From Balanoglossus misakiensis (taxonomy: Eukaryota; Animalia; Hemichordata): a DNA stretch of 64,000 bases. Both the position numbers and the translations under genes were made by a program. The notes beneath the pieces were generated by a model. That model was not told the origin of the DNA. It saw only the letters and a list, made by a program, of their open reading frames with translations, and did not search any database. Positions 1 through 14,064 of this stretch are shown here, piece after piece. Each line of letters begins with the position of its first letter. Within the stretch, counting starts at the first letter, position 1. The stretch covers positions 8,286,390 to 8,350,389 of the forward strand of contig CM082580.2 of assembly GCA_040954595.2 (NCBI GenBank), in the 5' to 3' direction.

Positions 1-3000
1 GAAGCGTATTTTATTCTCGTAAAATAGAAATAGTATTTTTTCAAAGTACGCCTGAATTATAGTCGAGACGCCAGCGTGACGAACTGAATAGTTCCTGAAA
101 AATGACGACAAAGAAATTGTAGTAGCGTACGGCGCGCGTGTCTGATTCTTTAAGCTTCACGGAAGCACGAGTAAAGCACGAGTCTGCTGGCAAGATAGTT
201 TCTTGTGCAAGCTAATTCGTCATTTCCTCCACTCGCTGCAGTCACATTTAAACAGTCTCTCGGTCATTTTTGTGACTGTTAAAAATAACGGATTACTCAG
301 TTACATATCACGCTTAAGCTCATAATCTGGCATGTCAGTGTGCGATGAATTACACATTCCGGTGGGGGTAATGGGGGATTATGGAATGAGCCGCGAACAG
401 TCGTCATAGGTCACGTGGTACAGCAGAGGATTGGGGGGAAATGTGCTTCTTCAGTCTCTTGCATAAGAGCGCAAATGACTGGTGTCATGCGCAGAGATTC
501 TCAGTCAAATCCTCCTCAAACGCTTAGGACAAACTGTCATGAAACTGTTACCCCAGTCCAACTTACTGTTATGATACGAGACTCTGACCTCCGTTTACAA
601 AAAGAAATCTTAATTAAACCATCAGTTATTATCATTATTATTAAGTGACATCAGCACTGCCTGCGTGTACTATCACACACCCTTTCCCACGATTTACGGA
701 CCATTTCACGTCACAAAACGATAAATCGTGTCTATATCACGGCAAAAATGTAACGCAATTCGAACCACGCCCGTTAAATTAATGTGAGACAGCACAGCCA
801 TTGATTGGATTACTACAACAGGCCTCGGCCAACTGGCAACCACAGTGGGCAGCATTTGTAAGGGTCTGGACAGAATTAACGAGGGGGGGGGGCTGGTGTC
901 TTTTTCAAAATGGTGTCCTACAAAAAAACAGTGACCATCCCCACATTGACCCAGCTAACCCTCCCTCCCCAATTACTGCTTTATATATGCCAGAGTTGCA
1001 ATACTTTGGCCAACACCACACTTCTTGAGTTAGCGGAACAGAACAGTGCATTGTTGCGCTCTTTTCGCAATCGAGATAATATGGAGATCTTCTCTGTATT
1101 ACAAGATCGTTAATATTTAAACACCAGTCAACTGAGCAACTCCAGTAACCCCATTACGATATAGGCTTGTTAAGATTTCAAGCAAATCATACAAACACGG
1201 TGCCACCAGCAAATATTAAGAATTTCACCCAATCGTCGTCGGAGATGCAGTCATTTGTGAATAACACCTCGGGGATAACTGTGTTGAATGCTGAACTGTA
1301 ATCTACGAACGGAATTCCAGCTTAAGTACTATAGGAGATTCTGGATGGTTAAGACTGCTATGGAGAGCACCATTGGCTTATCCATTCGAGCATATGCAGA
1401 TTGAAATGGGTCAAGAAATGAACTAGTTACAGATTTAAGTTACAGATTTTTCGTTGGCACTATTTAAAGTGTGTCCTAAAACGTTACCAGTTGGTTGGAT
1501 TCGGCTGTGGCGGCGCATCAAGACAAAACTGAGAATCTGCACGCAAGGCTGCAATTTAAAAGAAGAAATATATGGCTTGCCAGCCGTGACAAATTACGGG
1601 GAAGCGATTGTATGACTGTCTCCAGCATTGTGGGAGAGGAGTGTGCATTTATCACAATGACGGGCGTTACGAACCATTAATGCGCCATTACTGAAATAGC
1701 CAGATAAATATACTTGCCCCCTCGTTCTCTGTCACACTTCATCAGAGTTTGATTTTACATGCACGGGGGGAAACTCGAGAGTTGAGTGAACGCCCTGGCC
1801 GGGTACGGTGTTAAGTGGCCTCAGTTTGAAATTTAACACGGATTGGGCGAGGATGTAACTCATTGTCGCCGCTGATGAACTGAGGGGATGTGTGTGTCAT
1901 CTCTTGCTTTATATATATCGTTCTCGTACAGAAAAATGCAAACCGGTGTAACAGTAAATCCCTACTTTATCACTTGTTATCAAAAGCATGACTGTACAAG
2001 AAGTGTTATGGATAGACTCTGTTCTGTTATATCCTTGTATACTGGTTCTGATCACGTGTCTCCCCCCCCCCCCAGATTTCCGAGAACGGTTAGATGTACA
2101 GTCAGCGTGGATCGACCATCCAGTCAACGAAGCGAGGCAAATTACAAGCTGCCGCTGTTTATTCGATCGGCGCAGTTGACATGTTACAGTATCAGTGGCG
2201 GCCCTCGACCAGAACGTGGCTATTATTTCTGTCAATTGCAATACAGATTTCATGTATCCTCATTTGAATATTTCGCTGGCCTTTCTTTTCCGGTTGAACA
2301 AAGTTGGGTTTATTAAATTCCAATTCTGGTGCACAACGGATTCCGTATAGTATGGAAGTGGGAAGGTCTTATCCGAGTTGATTGGGGTCGTATTTTTACA
2401 CTCGAATATTTCGAAATGTGCAGCGTGCGTGAATCGACGTTGTTTTTACGTCACTGTCAATCGAATTTCGAGTTGTTACAGGGGCGCAATTACTTGCATG
2501 TCGTCACATGCACTTATTTTTAGTTCAAAGCCCACTCACGCCCAGAACGAAGCCGTCGGATATGAAAGACCGATTTCCACGTTGATCACGCGTGATTCGG
2601 CGTGACCTTGTCGTTTGGCATAACACGCTATTCGACACATGCGACAGAAGCATGCTACCGCAGGCTCCACAGTATAGGGTCGGCGGAAGTCGGTTGCTTT
2701 TATACAACATTAAAAGGATAAAGACGCTCACTTTTGACTTTACTTTGGTTATGTGTGTAAAAAGTATGTGTTTCAAGTGCCTTTGGGTTTCACTGTGTGT
2801 GTACACCTTAGGAGTGGGTATGGTAATATCTTTCCACTATAATATGTAGTTGACTGGCAAAACACTTGTATTATTCATTCTCCATTTCTTTATTGTCTAG
2901 CTTTGGGGGGGGGGGACTGGATGGTGAGTGTTTTGTGTGCCTACTGAACTAGTTGCATAAGAAACCAGTGCAAATGATTCCACAAAGATCTGGTCAAAAT

Positions 3001-5161
3001 GGTATATTATATATCTGTTGGTCAACGTGGCTTACGTGTATTGTTTGGTCTTGGTCAAAAAGCCTTGCTCAGATTCTGTAAACATGGGTTCAATTTGATA
3101 TGACCATGGCGGCGTACATCCATCAAAGTTTGCCATACACCCTTGGGGGAGGGCAACATTTGACAAACAAGGACTATAGGCGGGTTACATTTTACGTCGG
3201 CGCGTCGTGGGAGAGGGTCGCCTTTCATGGGTGACCGCGCCACCGACCTGTGAGAAGTGAATGCTCCAAATATGTCACTGCACTGCTCAGTCATCGATGA
3301 AAGTTCACGCTCAATCCGACGGCAAGTTGAAGCACTACGACTCGTGTGATTGGGGGTTTTCTTGCCACCCGCAGCCTACGCACGACAGGATGAAAAAATC
3401 TCCAGGGTTCACCGACGACGATAATCATGATAATCGCCGAGAAAGTTGGCCAATTAAAGTAATGACTGGCCTGGGCAAAACACGCGCGGTCCCCAGATAC
3501 GTTCGCGTGTTTCAAAACAGCGAGGCTCACGGGGAAAGGGCTGGGATGACGAGCACATGTACATGTATATACATTGACATTGGAAATGGAAATGGCGATG
3601 CGATTTCACCACTTTGTATGTCACCTGAATATCCCTGCAATGTTTCATTTAGATCCGTGAATACGAAAGATGTCAAAGAAAAATCACTATTTTCACACAA
3701 AAAGTACCATTAGTCACTTTTCTTCACACAAGGATTTGCTATTATTACCGGTTTATATGTTTTTTTTTCCAGAGAGGAATAGTATAGCGAGACATTGAAT
3801 TAGTACATGTACTAGCCAGTGAACGCACTTGGATATTTATCTGCATAGCCTAGGGTATGTCCCACGAGGCTTATTTCCGATGTATCGGGTATAAGAGCGA
3901 CTCCGTTCCGATACGCTGCACTTGTTGCCGTGCTCTTAAACGCGTGTTAACTTATTGGATTTCGGCGGATTAAGAACAGCTCTCCGGGTCATGATATTCG
4001 AGCACGGCGCGGTCTGTGAAAAGGCTGCACACCCTACTTCAACATTCTTGGGTCGGTTGTTCCCCGGTCTCCTTCGATGATTTTTTTCCTCCAGGCATGA
4101 AAACTAATTGGCACAGGAGATCTTGTTTGCTGCGTTGGCCTGACCGACTTTGTAAGTTTGCGTCAACTTCGTGTATGAAGGAGTTCTGCTTTGCCTTATA
4201 ACGAGTCGTGTACGAAGCAGGGGGGGGGGGGGGATTCCGGGGTTGATAAATTAATTCTCCTTGCAGAGCCGTCGCGGATAGACAACGTTTGCGATAGAGT
4301 ACAACGACATATTACCACCGCCTAGTTTCTTTTCAAGAGTAACCTGCTGATATATATAATGTAACAGATGCCTTCTGCAATAACGCGACGATTACGCGCC
4401 GGGGTGACAATCCTGTCCACCCGCACGATACAAGCAAGCGTGTATAACGACGCTTGTCACTGCCGACAAATGCATTCAACGCCGTTCTTGTTTTTTCATT
4501 AATGCGCACATGTCAAGCACATGTGAGCTGTGGTTCTAAGCTATATATAAGGTATTTTTAGTTTTCCGGGAGTCGAACAAGAAACTGCAGTTCGACACGC
4601 AGAACCAAAATACAAATTTCTCTCAGATGGTGCAGCCATCACGGCTATGTATGGGAGTTCCAAAGTACATGCACTGTTACCCTTTGATGCAGACACGCAG
4701 ACCAAATTGCACTTTTTCAATGCTATTGAACTGCTACGAAGTGGTCTGCAACACGAATTACGGCATCAAGGAAAATTGCCCTGATTAATAATAGCCAGAC
4801 TGAAGAACTGTTGAATGTCTGTCTGAAGTTAAGAGAAAGTCGGAACCGACATGACGTCACCAGAACAGAAGAACACGCAAAGAGTTGCACGAATATAGAC
4901 AGTTCAGCGTGCTTTCTGATTGCAAATTGCTTTCTTGCCGAAAGGAAATCTTTCATTACCAATGGTTTATCCGCAATATCCGATGTGGTCCATTGTTGAT
5001 TCCGCTCGCCCAAAGGCAGAGAAACAGCCACTGAAAGGGAATCACGTTCCATAAAGGGAACTAGACGCAAAAAAAACCCGACCAGAAATGCCACGCGTCA
5101 CTATGGCGACGTCTGTCCAAATCCCACTAATTCTAACACACTTCAGACATTACGGGTTGTC

Positions 5162-5208
5162 TGTTGTTGTTGTTGTTGTTGTTGTTGTCGTCGTCGTTGT
5201 CGCCGTCG
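5162..5208. repeat. (GTT)n/(GTC)n microsatellite
   Basis: tgttgttgtt...gtcgtcgtcgttgtcgccgtc; accounts for the poly-Val ORF at 5088-5270. Confidence 0.9.
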
Positions 5209-8200
5209 ACGTTCGGCGTGACACCCCCGGTCACAATGCGCCAGAAAAGACACCAATGGTTGCGAATTAACGCATCTAGTGTACAACTACTGCATGCCGG
5301 TTCTACAGCAACCCTCTAAGGCACGGCGTGATCAAAGATTACTGACGGAGCACTAAATTCTCCCAACACAATGAAGAACCGTTTCCACATTTTGTCGAGA
5401 GATTAGACCTCATACAAAACAGGTGTATTGTTATTATTTTTACAATTTCAGATATTGGGTTTTGATAATTATTCCTTTAGAGTAGATGTAGCATATGTTG
5501 TAAGTTGAGTATACAGATAAACTGATCGTATCCTTGATTCTATACGAAACGAAGGTGTGGTATTCGTGCAGTGGAAGACTTAGATGGCACATAATACGTG
5601 AAGTAAAATTTCAATTTACAGGATGGTATGGAAACCTTTCGAGTTAATATTCGGTGAAATTTCCGGGAAATTCCATCCGCATCCTGTTGAGAGACAAAAA
5701 ATAATGACACTTGGGGTATGCACAATGTAAAAGTGGCCAGACATTTATAGGGAATCGAAAACAATTTTCTCCGAAAATGTCTCTGAACCACTGTAATATG
5801 AAATTAATTTTTATCATCGTCACCGTCCTTTAGGCCTGCTACAGATCGTCAAGTCAGCGTGTGGGAAAATCTTTGATATACGCTTGCTTCTCTGGTAAAC
5901 TACCACTTTGTTCCACGAAAACGCATTTATATCGTGGATCAAGGCATGCGCATATATGGATGTTCTCGCATTTCTTACAAAAAGACCAATGAATAAATCA
6001 ACAACATGTAGCTGCTAAGTGACGTCAGTCCACTGATGATAGGATTAGAGCCCTTCCTTCAAATGCAGCGCTTTCGCATCGCCCGAGGTTGCAGATTAGC
6101 TTAAGAATATAGTGACAGTTTAAATAAGTGACACACGCATATGAATTCAACTGGAAAGTCGGTGACTCATTGTCCACACGACTTAAAAAAGGTGTTAGTA
6201 ATCCTCTTATATACAGCATGGCGCAGATATCTGAGCCATAGCTCATGTATACCTAAATATCTTTTGCAATTCACGATTGATCTTATTCTTGCCTCGAGAA
6301 CTTTGTTTAATATACTTTTTATAGACAGCAAGTTGTCCAAAGAAGCCAAACGATTTTCGAAAACGCGAGAGACAGACAGAGAGTTCCGTTCTTATCGCCC
6401 TCGATCCGCTTGTTACTTGGTAGATCCATTTGTTAAAACGGTGTTTTATTGTTCAAACCGCCTGTGAATGCGCGACAAAATTGCAAATGGGTTCGTTTCC
6501 CCTCGCGACAGCTTTTACAGTGCAGTGAAGGTGAGTTTTGAAGCAAACATTCTTGCGGAGACGAATCGGTGACAAAAGACGTTAATATCACAAGATGCCA
6601 ACAGGAGCAGGAAATTGATACTATGGTTACTGCGACAGACATTGTCGGTATTCCTTTTCTCCACTTGAAGAAAATCACTGATGAAACAGACTCGTCAATT
6701 CAAACAGGTTTGGGTGATCATGCTAAGACGTCTATTTGCGCCACTATTTACATATTTCCAACTGGCAATCTAGGAAATTTGTTTCCATGGTGATCCATGA
6801 CTTCTTGTGTTATTGGCCTTTGTCCGTGTTCGGTTTTATGGAGCGATCGGGGCAAAAGGGCTCTTTATAATCCTTGAGAACGCGGCGGTGATTGGCTTTT
6901 CTACAGCCGATGCGAGCCTTTTAAATCCTTTCCTGGTGTTCATCAAGTCCGTCTACTCAAAGGCGGAAGTCGCGCGCAGGGCCTGAACTGTGCGTCACGT
7001 GGCTATGCGCACAATGCCACGCTGGTGAAGTGGACTGCGTCGTTCCCTTCGTTGTCTGACCGAGACAACTAAGCTCTTATTCAGTGACAAATAATCAACA
7101 TTTGTGATTTCTTCTGTCATAAATCCGATTTTTCTGAAAGTTAAGCAGGAAACGTACACGAATAATACGTCACAACCAGCGACAAAAAACAACATCCCGC
7201 CGACGCAGAATGTACCGATGTACTGTAGTAAATGTATTTCCAACAAAGTATATGTTTCTGAAATAGAGCCAACATGGACAGCACAAGCATTAATTTTTCA
7301 AAGAGTTTGTTGACTTAATTAAGATTTAGTATCGATACCGTCGTCTCACTGTCTGTGAAAACGAGAAAATCAATTTGATCTTTCAACAAAATCCGTTCAG
7401 TCTACCGCAGCCGTCGTGTAGAATTATTTAGAGCGTGTAAACGACATCAACGAACAATATATTTTCATTAATCACCGAAACGGCAAGATAGTATTGACCG
7501 AAGATTAATTACAAGGTGGTTGGAAAAGTTATGCTTCTGCCTTTTGACCGGTGATGTTTGTTGTATAGGCGAGTTGCCAAGAACCTTAATTGTACGGATG
7601 AGACATCGTCGTTTCCTTATTGATGCCCTTAAACATACTAGTAGTGTACTAAACACATGCTGTGCTTAAATCATCCGCGACTTTATTGTAATTGAAATGA
7701 ACCACCGGCACTTTAACAAACACAGTCAGTAGCAACAAACCCTGCCAACGCTGAATGTGTCACTGACGTGTCCGTTTTTTATTTCCAGTTTACATTATTA
7801 TTTAAACATTCAATCCTGATTTCTGGAAATAGGTAGTTTTCATATACCAAAGTACTATCTGTCCATTTCTCTCATAAATCACACTTGAAGCATAGAAATT
7901 AATCTGTAACTTCCGGCTATTTTTCAAGTATTTTGTGCGGTGTATCAACAGCGTTTTTTTGTTCTCCTCCCTACTGTATCCCAACTCGACCAGGTTTCTG
8001 CTTGCCAACAAATCACATGTGTCTGTACCTATCATTGTTTATTTTCTTGTTAGTGACATTTTCTGTAGATTTCCCACGCGGAGCAGACGCTTGATGTTTG
8101 TGATCCGTGTTATCTCAGGCTCTCCCCAGATTGCTTATTGTGAACAAGATATGGTTCGATGGTCGTGTGATTCATTCGCCTCTAATTGTGTCTGTGCGAG

Positions 8201-8408
8201 ACGCGGGTTTTGATATCCGACTTTGAGTGCTTTCGGCGCGGACTGTCTTCGTTTTACTCCGAAGTGAAGGAAACAGACAAGAGGTAACGATTACCCTGAT
8301 GACATTTAACTGCCGAAGTTCAGTGACCGCACGACCAAATTCACCTCTGAAGTGGAAAGGTTTCATTTAAATGCAACAAAATCGATTTTCCTGAATAGCC
8401 TTGATTGA

Positions 8409-8414
<6 letters not shown>

Positions 8415-8500
<86 letters not shown>
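8415..8500. repeat. (AG)n microsatellite
   Basis: About 43 AG units with one interruption near 8491. Confidence 0.97.
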
Positions 8501-8501
<1 letters not shown>

Positions 8502-10637
8502 AAATATTCTTTAGTTATGAGATACATAAAAGAGCTTTGTAAGAGCTTTGTGATTCGTGCAGTAATTCAAGACCAATGCCTTTAGAAAGACGTTATTGTC
8601 GGCCAGGGCGACTATTTATTGAGCGCTATGCACTCTGGCATTTCTCTGTTATTCACTATTCTATATTGGATATCACATGAATTGGAAAGGATTGTTGAGA
8701 GTTTGCGGCGCGTTTTGATTGATATGTAGGTATGAATAGCTGTTATTCCAGTCAAGGTCACATCGACCACCCTTGTCAGGATTTCACATTTTCCTCTGTA
8801 ACTCGTGTTTTTGTACTGTTTCCTGCGGCAAAAAATGGGTTTAGGGCATAAGAGGATTATTAGACCACAGTACGGTATTAGTGAGACTCTCTCACCGGCT
8901 AATCAGATCACCATTCTCCGGATTAGGCCAAGCGAAAAAGGCGTGTCACACCTGGTCAATGTGAGTGGCCGGTGAGAGGTCGCTTTGAGAGGGAACGCGT
9001 CTGCGAAATTTGACAAGGAATGGTAGCTGGTCTTGAAAATAATAAGACGTTTCTTTTTTTTGGGGGGGGGGGGAGACTACGATTAGTGACCTTGATGGAA
9101 GCGGTCACCTTGACGTTGTTGAAAAACACCGGGCAAATTGGGAATGTTCGTGTATATACTACGTCATCGCGCGTCTCGCAACGCGGATGAAAGTGGGAGC
9201 CGAACGGCCGCGGGGATAATAAACAAGAGGAAGCTATATTTCCCTTAATTTTGTTCCACCGCGGGGAATCATAACATTCTGAGCTGCGTTCGCGAACGTA
9301 ATTGCTGGGCCGCCTGATCATAACTCGCTGTCCGTGTGAATGTATCCCCCGCACGCAAGAGGTATTCATACACATAGCGTATACTGTTGCTTCATCCCGT
9401 TTGAAATTGCACCCATAAATCCTTGGGCGTATATACCTGCATATAGGGTGTGAGCAACTCAAGGAAATATTACTGCCTTATTAATTTCAAAGCCTTCCAA
9501 ACAAGGACTTTTTACACATCCATGGTTTAATAGGCTATTAATTTACCCTGTGAAAAGGGAATAGTTTGTATGAAAAGGGTAATTTTTGCGAATTTTGAAT
9601 GAAGTACCCATATACCAACCTCACGAGCTACCGTGACGACTGACGCTCGCTTCGGATTTCTTGCATTTTTTTTTAATTTGTCTTGAAACTCGGTAGTCAA
9701 TGTTGACACTTGGCCTACATATCCACAAGTCAAGTACTGAAATTACAGCGCGTATGCTTCAAGAGGCAGTGTCGAGAGGCCGTGTTTACACCCACGCGGT
9801 ATAGTTGTTTTCGAATCAATGTATACGTGGTCTCTATACCATGGTACATGCCCAATGGCGCATTGTCTCCAAATACCAGACAATCCTTTCCACGTGCAAT
9901 CAATATTATTTTTTTCTTCACTCGTGACATTTAAAACTGAAAATTGTATTTTCATTTCGACGGAAATTAAAAGGTTCGCCGTTGTTAGACGACGGAACTT
10001 TTTTTTGCCCGCGTTTTTGTTCGCTATGCGGCGCTGTGTTGTTCTGTCATGCAGAATGGATGGCATCACATAGACATTGTGTCATACCCCTGTGCCATGC
10101 TTGTGCGACACGACATGACACATCGACTCAACAAGTTTGATATTTCTTCTTTGGTATTTGATTTGAAACCAGTCGAATCACGATCCCTTTGTGGAGGAAT
10201 CTCGGATAAATAATCATACTTCTTTCAAGTTAATTTTGAAAGCGCGTTATTGTAAATGCAAACAGACAGACTATCAAATTTAGAGGCGGCATAAGTCTTT
10301 ACCATTTTTCATCGTATACCCAAGTGCGGTCCATGAACCCAGTATTACGCCTGATGTTGTCGTCGTGCACAGATACGACTCGACGACCGTGAATTATTGG
10401 CGGGAGTTTCTGATACTAATTGAATTAGCATGGCTAGCTATAATAACTCTGAAACGAGGTTAACTATCGACGTCATTCAATGTATACAGCAGCAAATGCC
10501 CGAGCGCCGGCTGCGTGCCCGATCCCGACGACTCCGCAAAGCATCTTGGGAAATTCGCACGACGAGGAAAATAAGTACATGTACATGTATATGTTAGGAG
10601 ACTTCCTTCGTGCGCAAACACAGACTCAAGATGCTGG

Positions 10638-10669
10638 ACTAACACGGGCACTTCTTTGCTATTTTACAG
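10638..10669 (+). promoter_or_regulatory. Branch point + splice acceptor of a 5'UTR intron of GPCR A
   Basis: ACTAAC at 10638-10643, then cttctttgctattttACAG|G, 119 nt upstream of the ATG. Confidence 0.6.
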
Positions 10670-10788
10670 GTGGTTAAGGAGACGTCCGCTCAACTAACAG
10701 TCTAGCTTAGCGAGTTCGATTTCGAGCGGATGTGCGGCGCAGCACCGCGGTCTTCCCCTCCCAGTCTGCCCGCTCGAACCCTGCCATC

Positions 10789-11127
10789 ATGTCCTCGTGG
10801 AGCGAGTCGGAGTACGACTACAACTACTCGTACTACTCCTACTCCTACGAGTACGGCGACTACGACCTGGGACCGGCGTCCGTCGTCGTTCCGACGCTGT
10901 GGGCGATCTTCTCCATCATCGGCCTGGTGGGCAACGTGTTCATCATCGTCCTGGTCTTCAAATACAGCCACATGAGGACGGTCACCAATTACTACATCGT
11001 GAACCTGGCCCTGACGGACATCGCGCTGCTTCTGATCTGCGTTCCCATGACGTCGAGCATATACGCCTTGCACACAAAATGGATATTTGGGGACACCATG
11101 TGTCGTTTGGTGGCCTGGACACAATTC
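10789..11127 (+). CDS. Kisspeptin/GPR54-type GPCR A, coding exon 1 (N-terminus, TM1 to start of TM3)
   Basis: ATG in gccatcATG context. Encodes GN (TM1), MRTVTNYYIVNLALTD (ICL1/TM2, KISS1R-like) and WIFGDTMC (ECL1/TM3). Ends at phase-0 donor TTC|GTAAGT; 339 nt; high GC3. Confidence 0.93.
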
Positions 11128-12414
11128 GTAAGTCTTTCCTTTTATCTCATTAAAAGTGTTCGGCCTTCTGACTTTGTGATTCAGTGTGACAGTCATTCAA
11201 GTTGAAAGTTGCACTTGTTATAGAAATTTTCTGCATAGAAGCACAGCAAAAACAACTAAGCCTGGCTTACCTTAACTTACGTACAGTGATTTAAAATGCA
11301 GTTGAAATCAAAATCTAAAAGGAAACTTACACGAAACTTTTCCGGGCGCTCAGTTCAGAATGTCACTGTCGCTATAAAAGTCACCAGTCTACGAAATTTA
11401 AGAGGCAACACACACTGCACATTGTTTGCGTGTATGTATTTCATGCTCACGTCAACCATATTTACGGCAGGAAACTGTCGTTTACCATTACCCCAACGAC
11501 GAAGCAGAGAGATATTAATTGCCTACTTCCTTGCGTATAATGAAAGCGTGCACATATATAGCAACGGAATGAGTGTTTATGTGCCGTCGTCAAAATACAC
11601 AAGTTCTAATTCTAGAGTACGTTTATAAATGTAATTGGATAATTGTGCCCTTTGTTTACAAAAAATGCATTTCGCTGACATTGTACTTAACTTGCTGTTA
11701 TAATATAGTGACGTTTTTATGTTGACAAAAGCCATCAACAGATATATACGCTCTTTTTACACCCTGCTTTGTTCAGGGAATATACAGGAATCGTGAATAT
11801 GTAGTCATTTTCAGAAATCGGAAATGAAGCAAAACATTTCCCAGAAATCTTACATTTCCTTCTTCACTGAATCAGCTGCACAATGCATTCGGTGATTGGA
11901 AAAGCCCAGGCCTCCTATACTTGCCACGCGCATATAGTCATTGTGTGTATGAGTAATTTTGAAAATAGCCATAAACTCGGCGAAAATAACAAAGGGATGA
12001 AAATTACATATCATGATTGGCCAATGAGGAAAAAAAGATTTCGAGGGGATACCCTGGAAAACTTACTCAGTCAAGAAAGATAAAGAGATGCCAAGCTGAG
12101 ACAGAGAGAAAAAAAACTACCTTCGAGATTTCCCTTCTCACGCGTTTATTCGGTACACCTTCCACGCGCCATTACACTAATTGTAAAATATAACATCGTG
12201 CGCATGCCCAACTCGTCACGTGTCCGCATCAGATAGATCATTTCCGGACTCAGTCAACGAGACCCTGCGAGATCTCGCATGGCACAGGACAAAGAACACA
12301 TGGCCCACCGTTTTAAACGACACGAAAGATAATACAACTTTTGTTCAACACTGCAGCACCCAGTCTGGAAATCTCGTTCTGACGTTCTCTTTCGTTTTCA
12401 TTCCCAAATCACAG

Positions 12415-12550
12415 GCTTCGTGGCAGGCCACATGTTTGACCCTGACGGTGATCAGCGTCGACAGGTACCACGCTATCGTTCATCCTATCAAATCCATCAA
12501 ATACAGAACGCCGAGGGCGGCCATTGTGGTGAATGTGTCCATATGGCTAT
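12415..12550 (+). CDS. Kisspeptin/GPR54-type GPCR A, coding exon 2 (TM3-DRY-TM4)
   Basis: Pyrimidine tract + ACAG acceptor. Encodes [45 protein letters not shown]. 136 nt; phase-1 donor T|GTAAGT. Confidence 0.93.
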
Positions 12551-13384
12551 GTAAGTACATGTACAGCACATGGTATTATGTGGCATGAAAGCGATCATAT
12601 ACTATGCAAACTCACTGCAATCGTAATCGTATCTAAGCTGACTGTTATATTCGTGATGAAAAGGTGTGTTGCCAGGGACACCGATGTGGAATTTGACTAC
12701 TTACACTGTGACGTTCATCATTTTGTCGGATATAATGAACACAGGCTATACTGTTTAATAATTTTGCATAAAACCAGACCATAAAATGAACAAATCGACT
12801 TCCAGATACACGTCTTTGGTTACGCAGATGTGAATATTTAGTAAATAACATCTAGCGCAAATATTCCATCCATCGTTGCGGTTGTCACTGGTTAAGTTTC
12901 CTGTTTTCGGGGGAGATGTGAAAATCAATAAAATCATTTAAATATCTTCTGAGAGTTGCGCGACATACGTGGAGAAAAAACGTAAACAGATGATAAATCA
13001 TGTAAACATATTTTGTATGTTATCTAAATGCCCAGAGCATTGTTGAAAATGATACGCGCGCTGATATATAATTCATAATATGTTCATATTTGTTTCACAT
13101 CTCTGTGTCCCCAAGTGAACCGCTTACTGCATGTTATCTTAAATTCTCACAAGTTAGGATTGTTATCAGAAAGCAGGATATTCGCTAAAAGACATTCAAC
13201 CTAATAGTTGCACGATAACACGTGAAATTGGCCCAGGCAACTTATACTGCCATACTGGAATGACTACATTACATTTACTATGTAAAATTTAGTTGTTTGT
13301 CAGGTTGTTTTGATACATATAGATAAGGGATTTGTAATATTTCTGACCAAATTATGAAGTGTGACTGTCTTTAATGGTTTACAG

Positions 13385-14064
13385 ATTCGTACCTGGTTAC
13401 GACACCGACGCTATACTTCTACCGAGTTGACTCGTATCCGTTTGACCCGGAACACACATTCTGTCTGGAGTTCTACAAGTCGGCCGCTACTTTCAGCGCC
13501 AATAACATTTTCGCCATGCTGTACGTTCTCCAGGCGTTCTTCGTGCCCCTGATAATAGTCTTTGTATGCTACTCGCTCATGTTGAAGCGTCTCTGGAGGA
13601 CGGCGGGTCCCTCCGACGACGCGGTCATGTCGGAGCAGGCCTCCAAGCAGAAGCGCAAGATCACCCGGATGGTGTTCGTCGTCGTCTGCCTCTACACGGT
13701 GTGCCACCTGCCGCAGCACGTGCTCAACCTCCTCTTCCGGTTCCACCACGACCTGTTCGCCGGCGAGAACGACTTCCTGATGTACCTGCGCATGGTGACC
13801 ACGTCGCTGGTGCACCTCAACTCGGTCATCAACCCCATCGTCTACAACGTGCTCGGCGACAACTTCAAGAAGTCGCTGAAGAAGGCCTTCTTCCACTACT
13901 TCAAGAGCAACAAGGTGCGCGACTCCAACGCGCTGCAGACGGCCGGGAATGGCACCCGCACCATGAACATCTCGAACTCCAACCGGGTCCACCCCGCGAG
14001 CTCGAATTCGAGGTCGGACAATCATGGCGATTCTCACCCAAAGGATACGTGGTCGCAGGCCTGA
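13385..14064 (+). CDS. Kisspeptin/GPR54-type GPCR A, coding exon 3 (end of TM4, ECL2, TM5-TM7, C-tail)
   Basis: TTTACAG acceptor keeps frame with the phase-1 donor. Encodes the ECL2 Cys (HTFCLEF), KRKITRMV, CHLP and NPIVY; stop TGA at 14062-14064. Spliced CDS 339+136+680=1155 nt (384 aa). Confidence 0.9.

Noticed and set aside
6270-6310. TIDLILAS resembling a LINE endonuclease motif
   Set aside because: Isolated short match with no APE or RT context.
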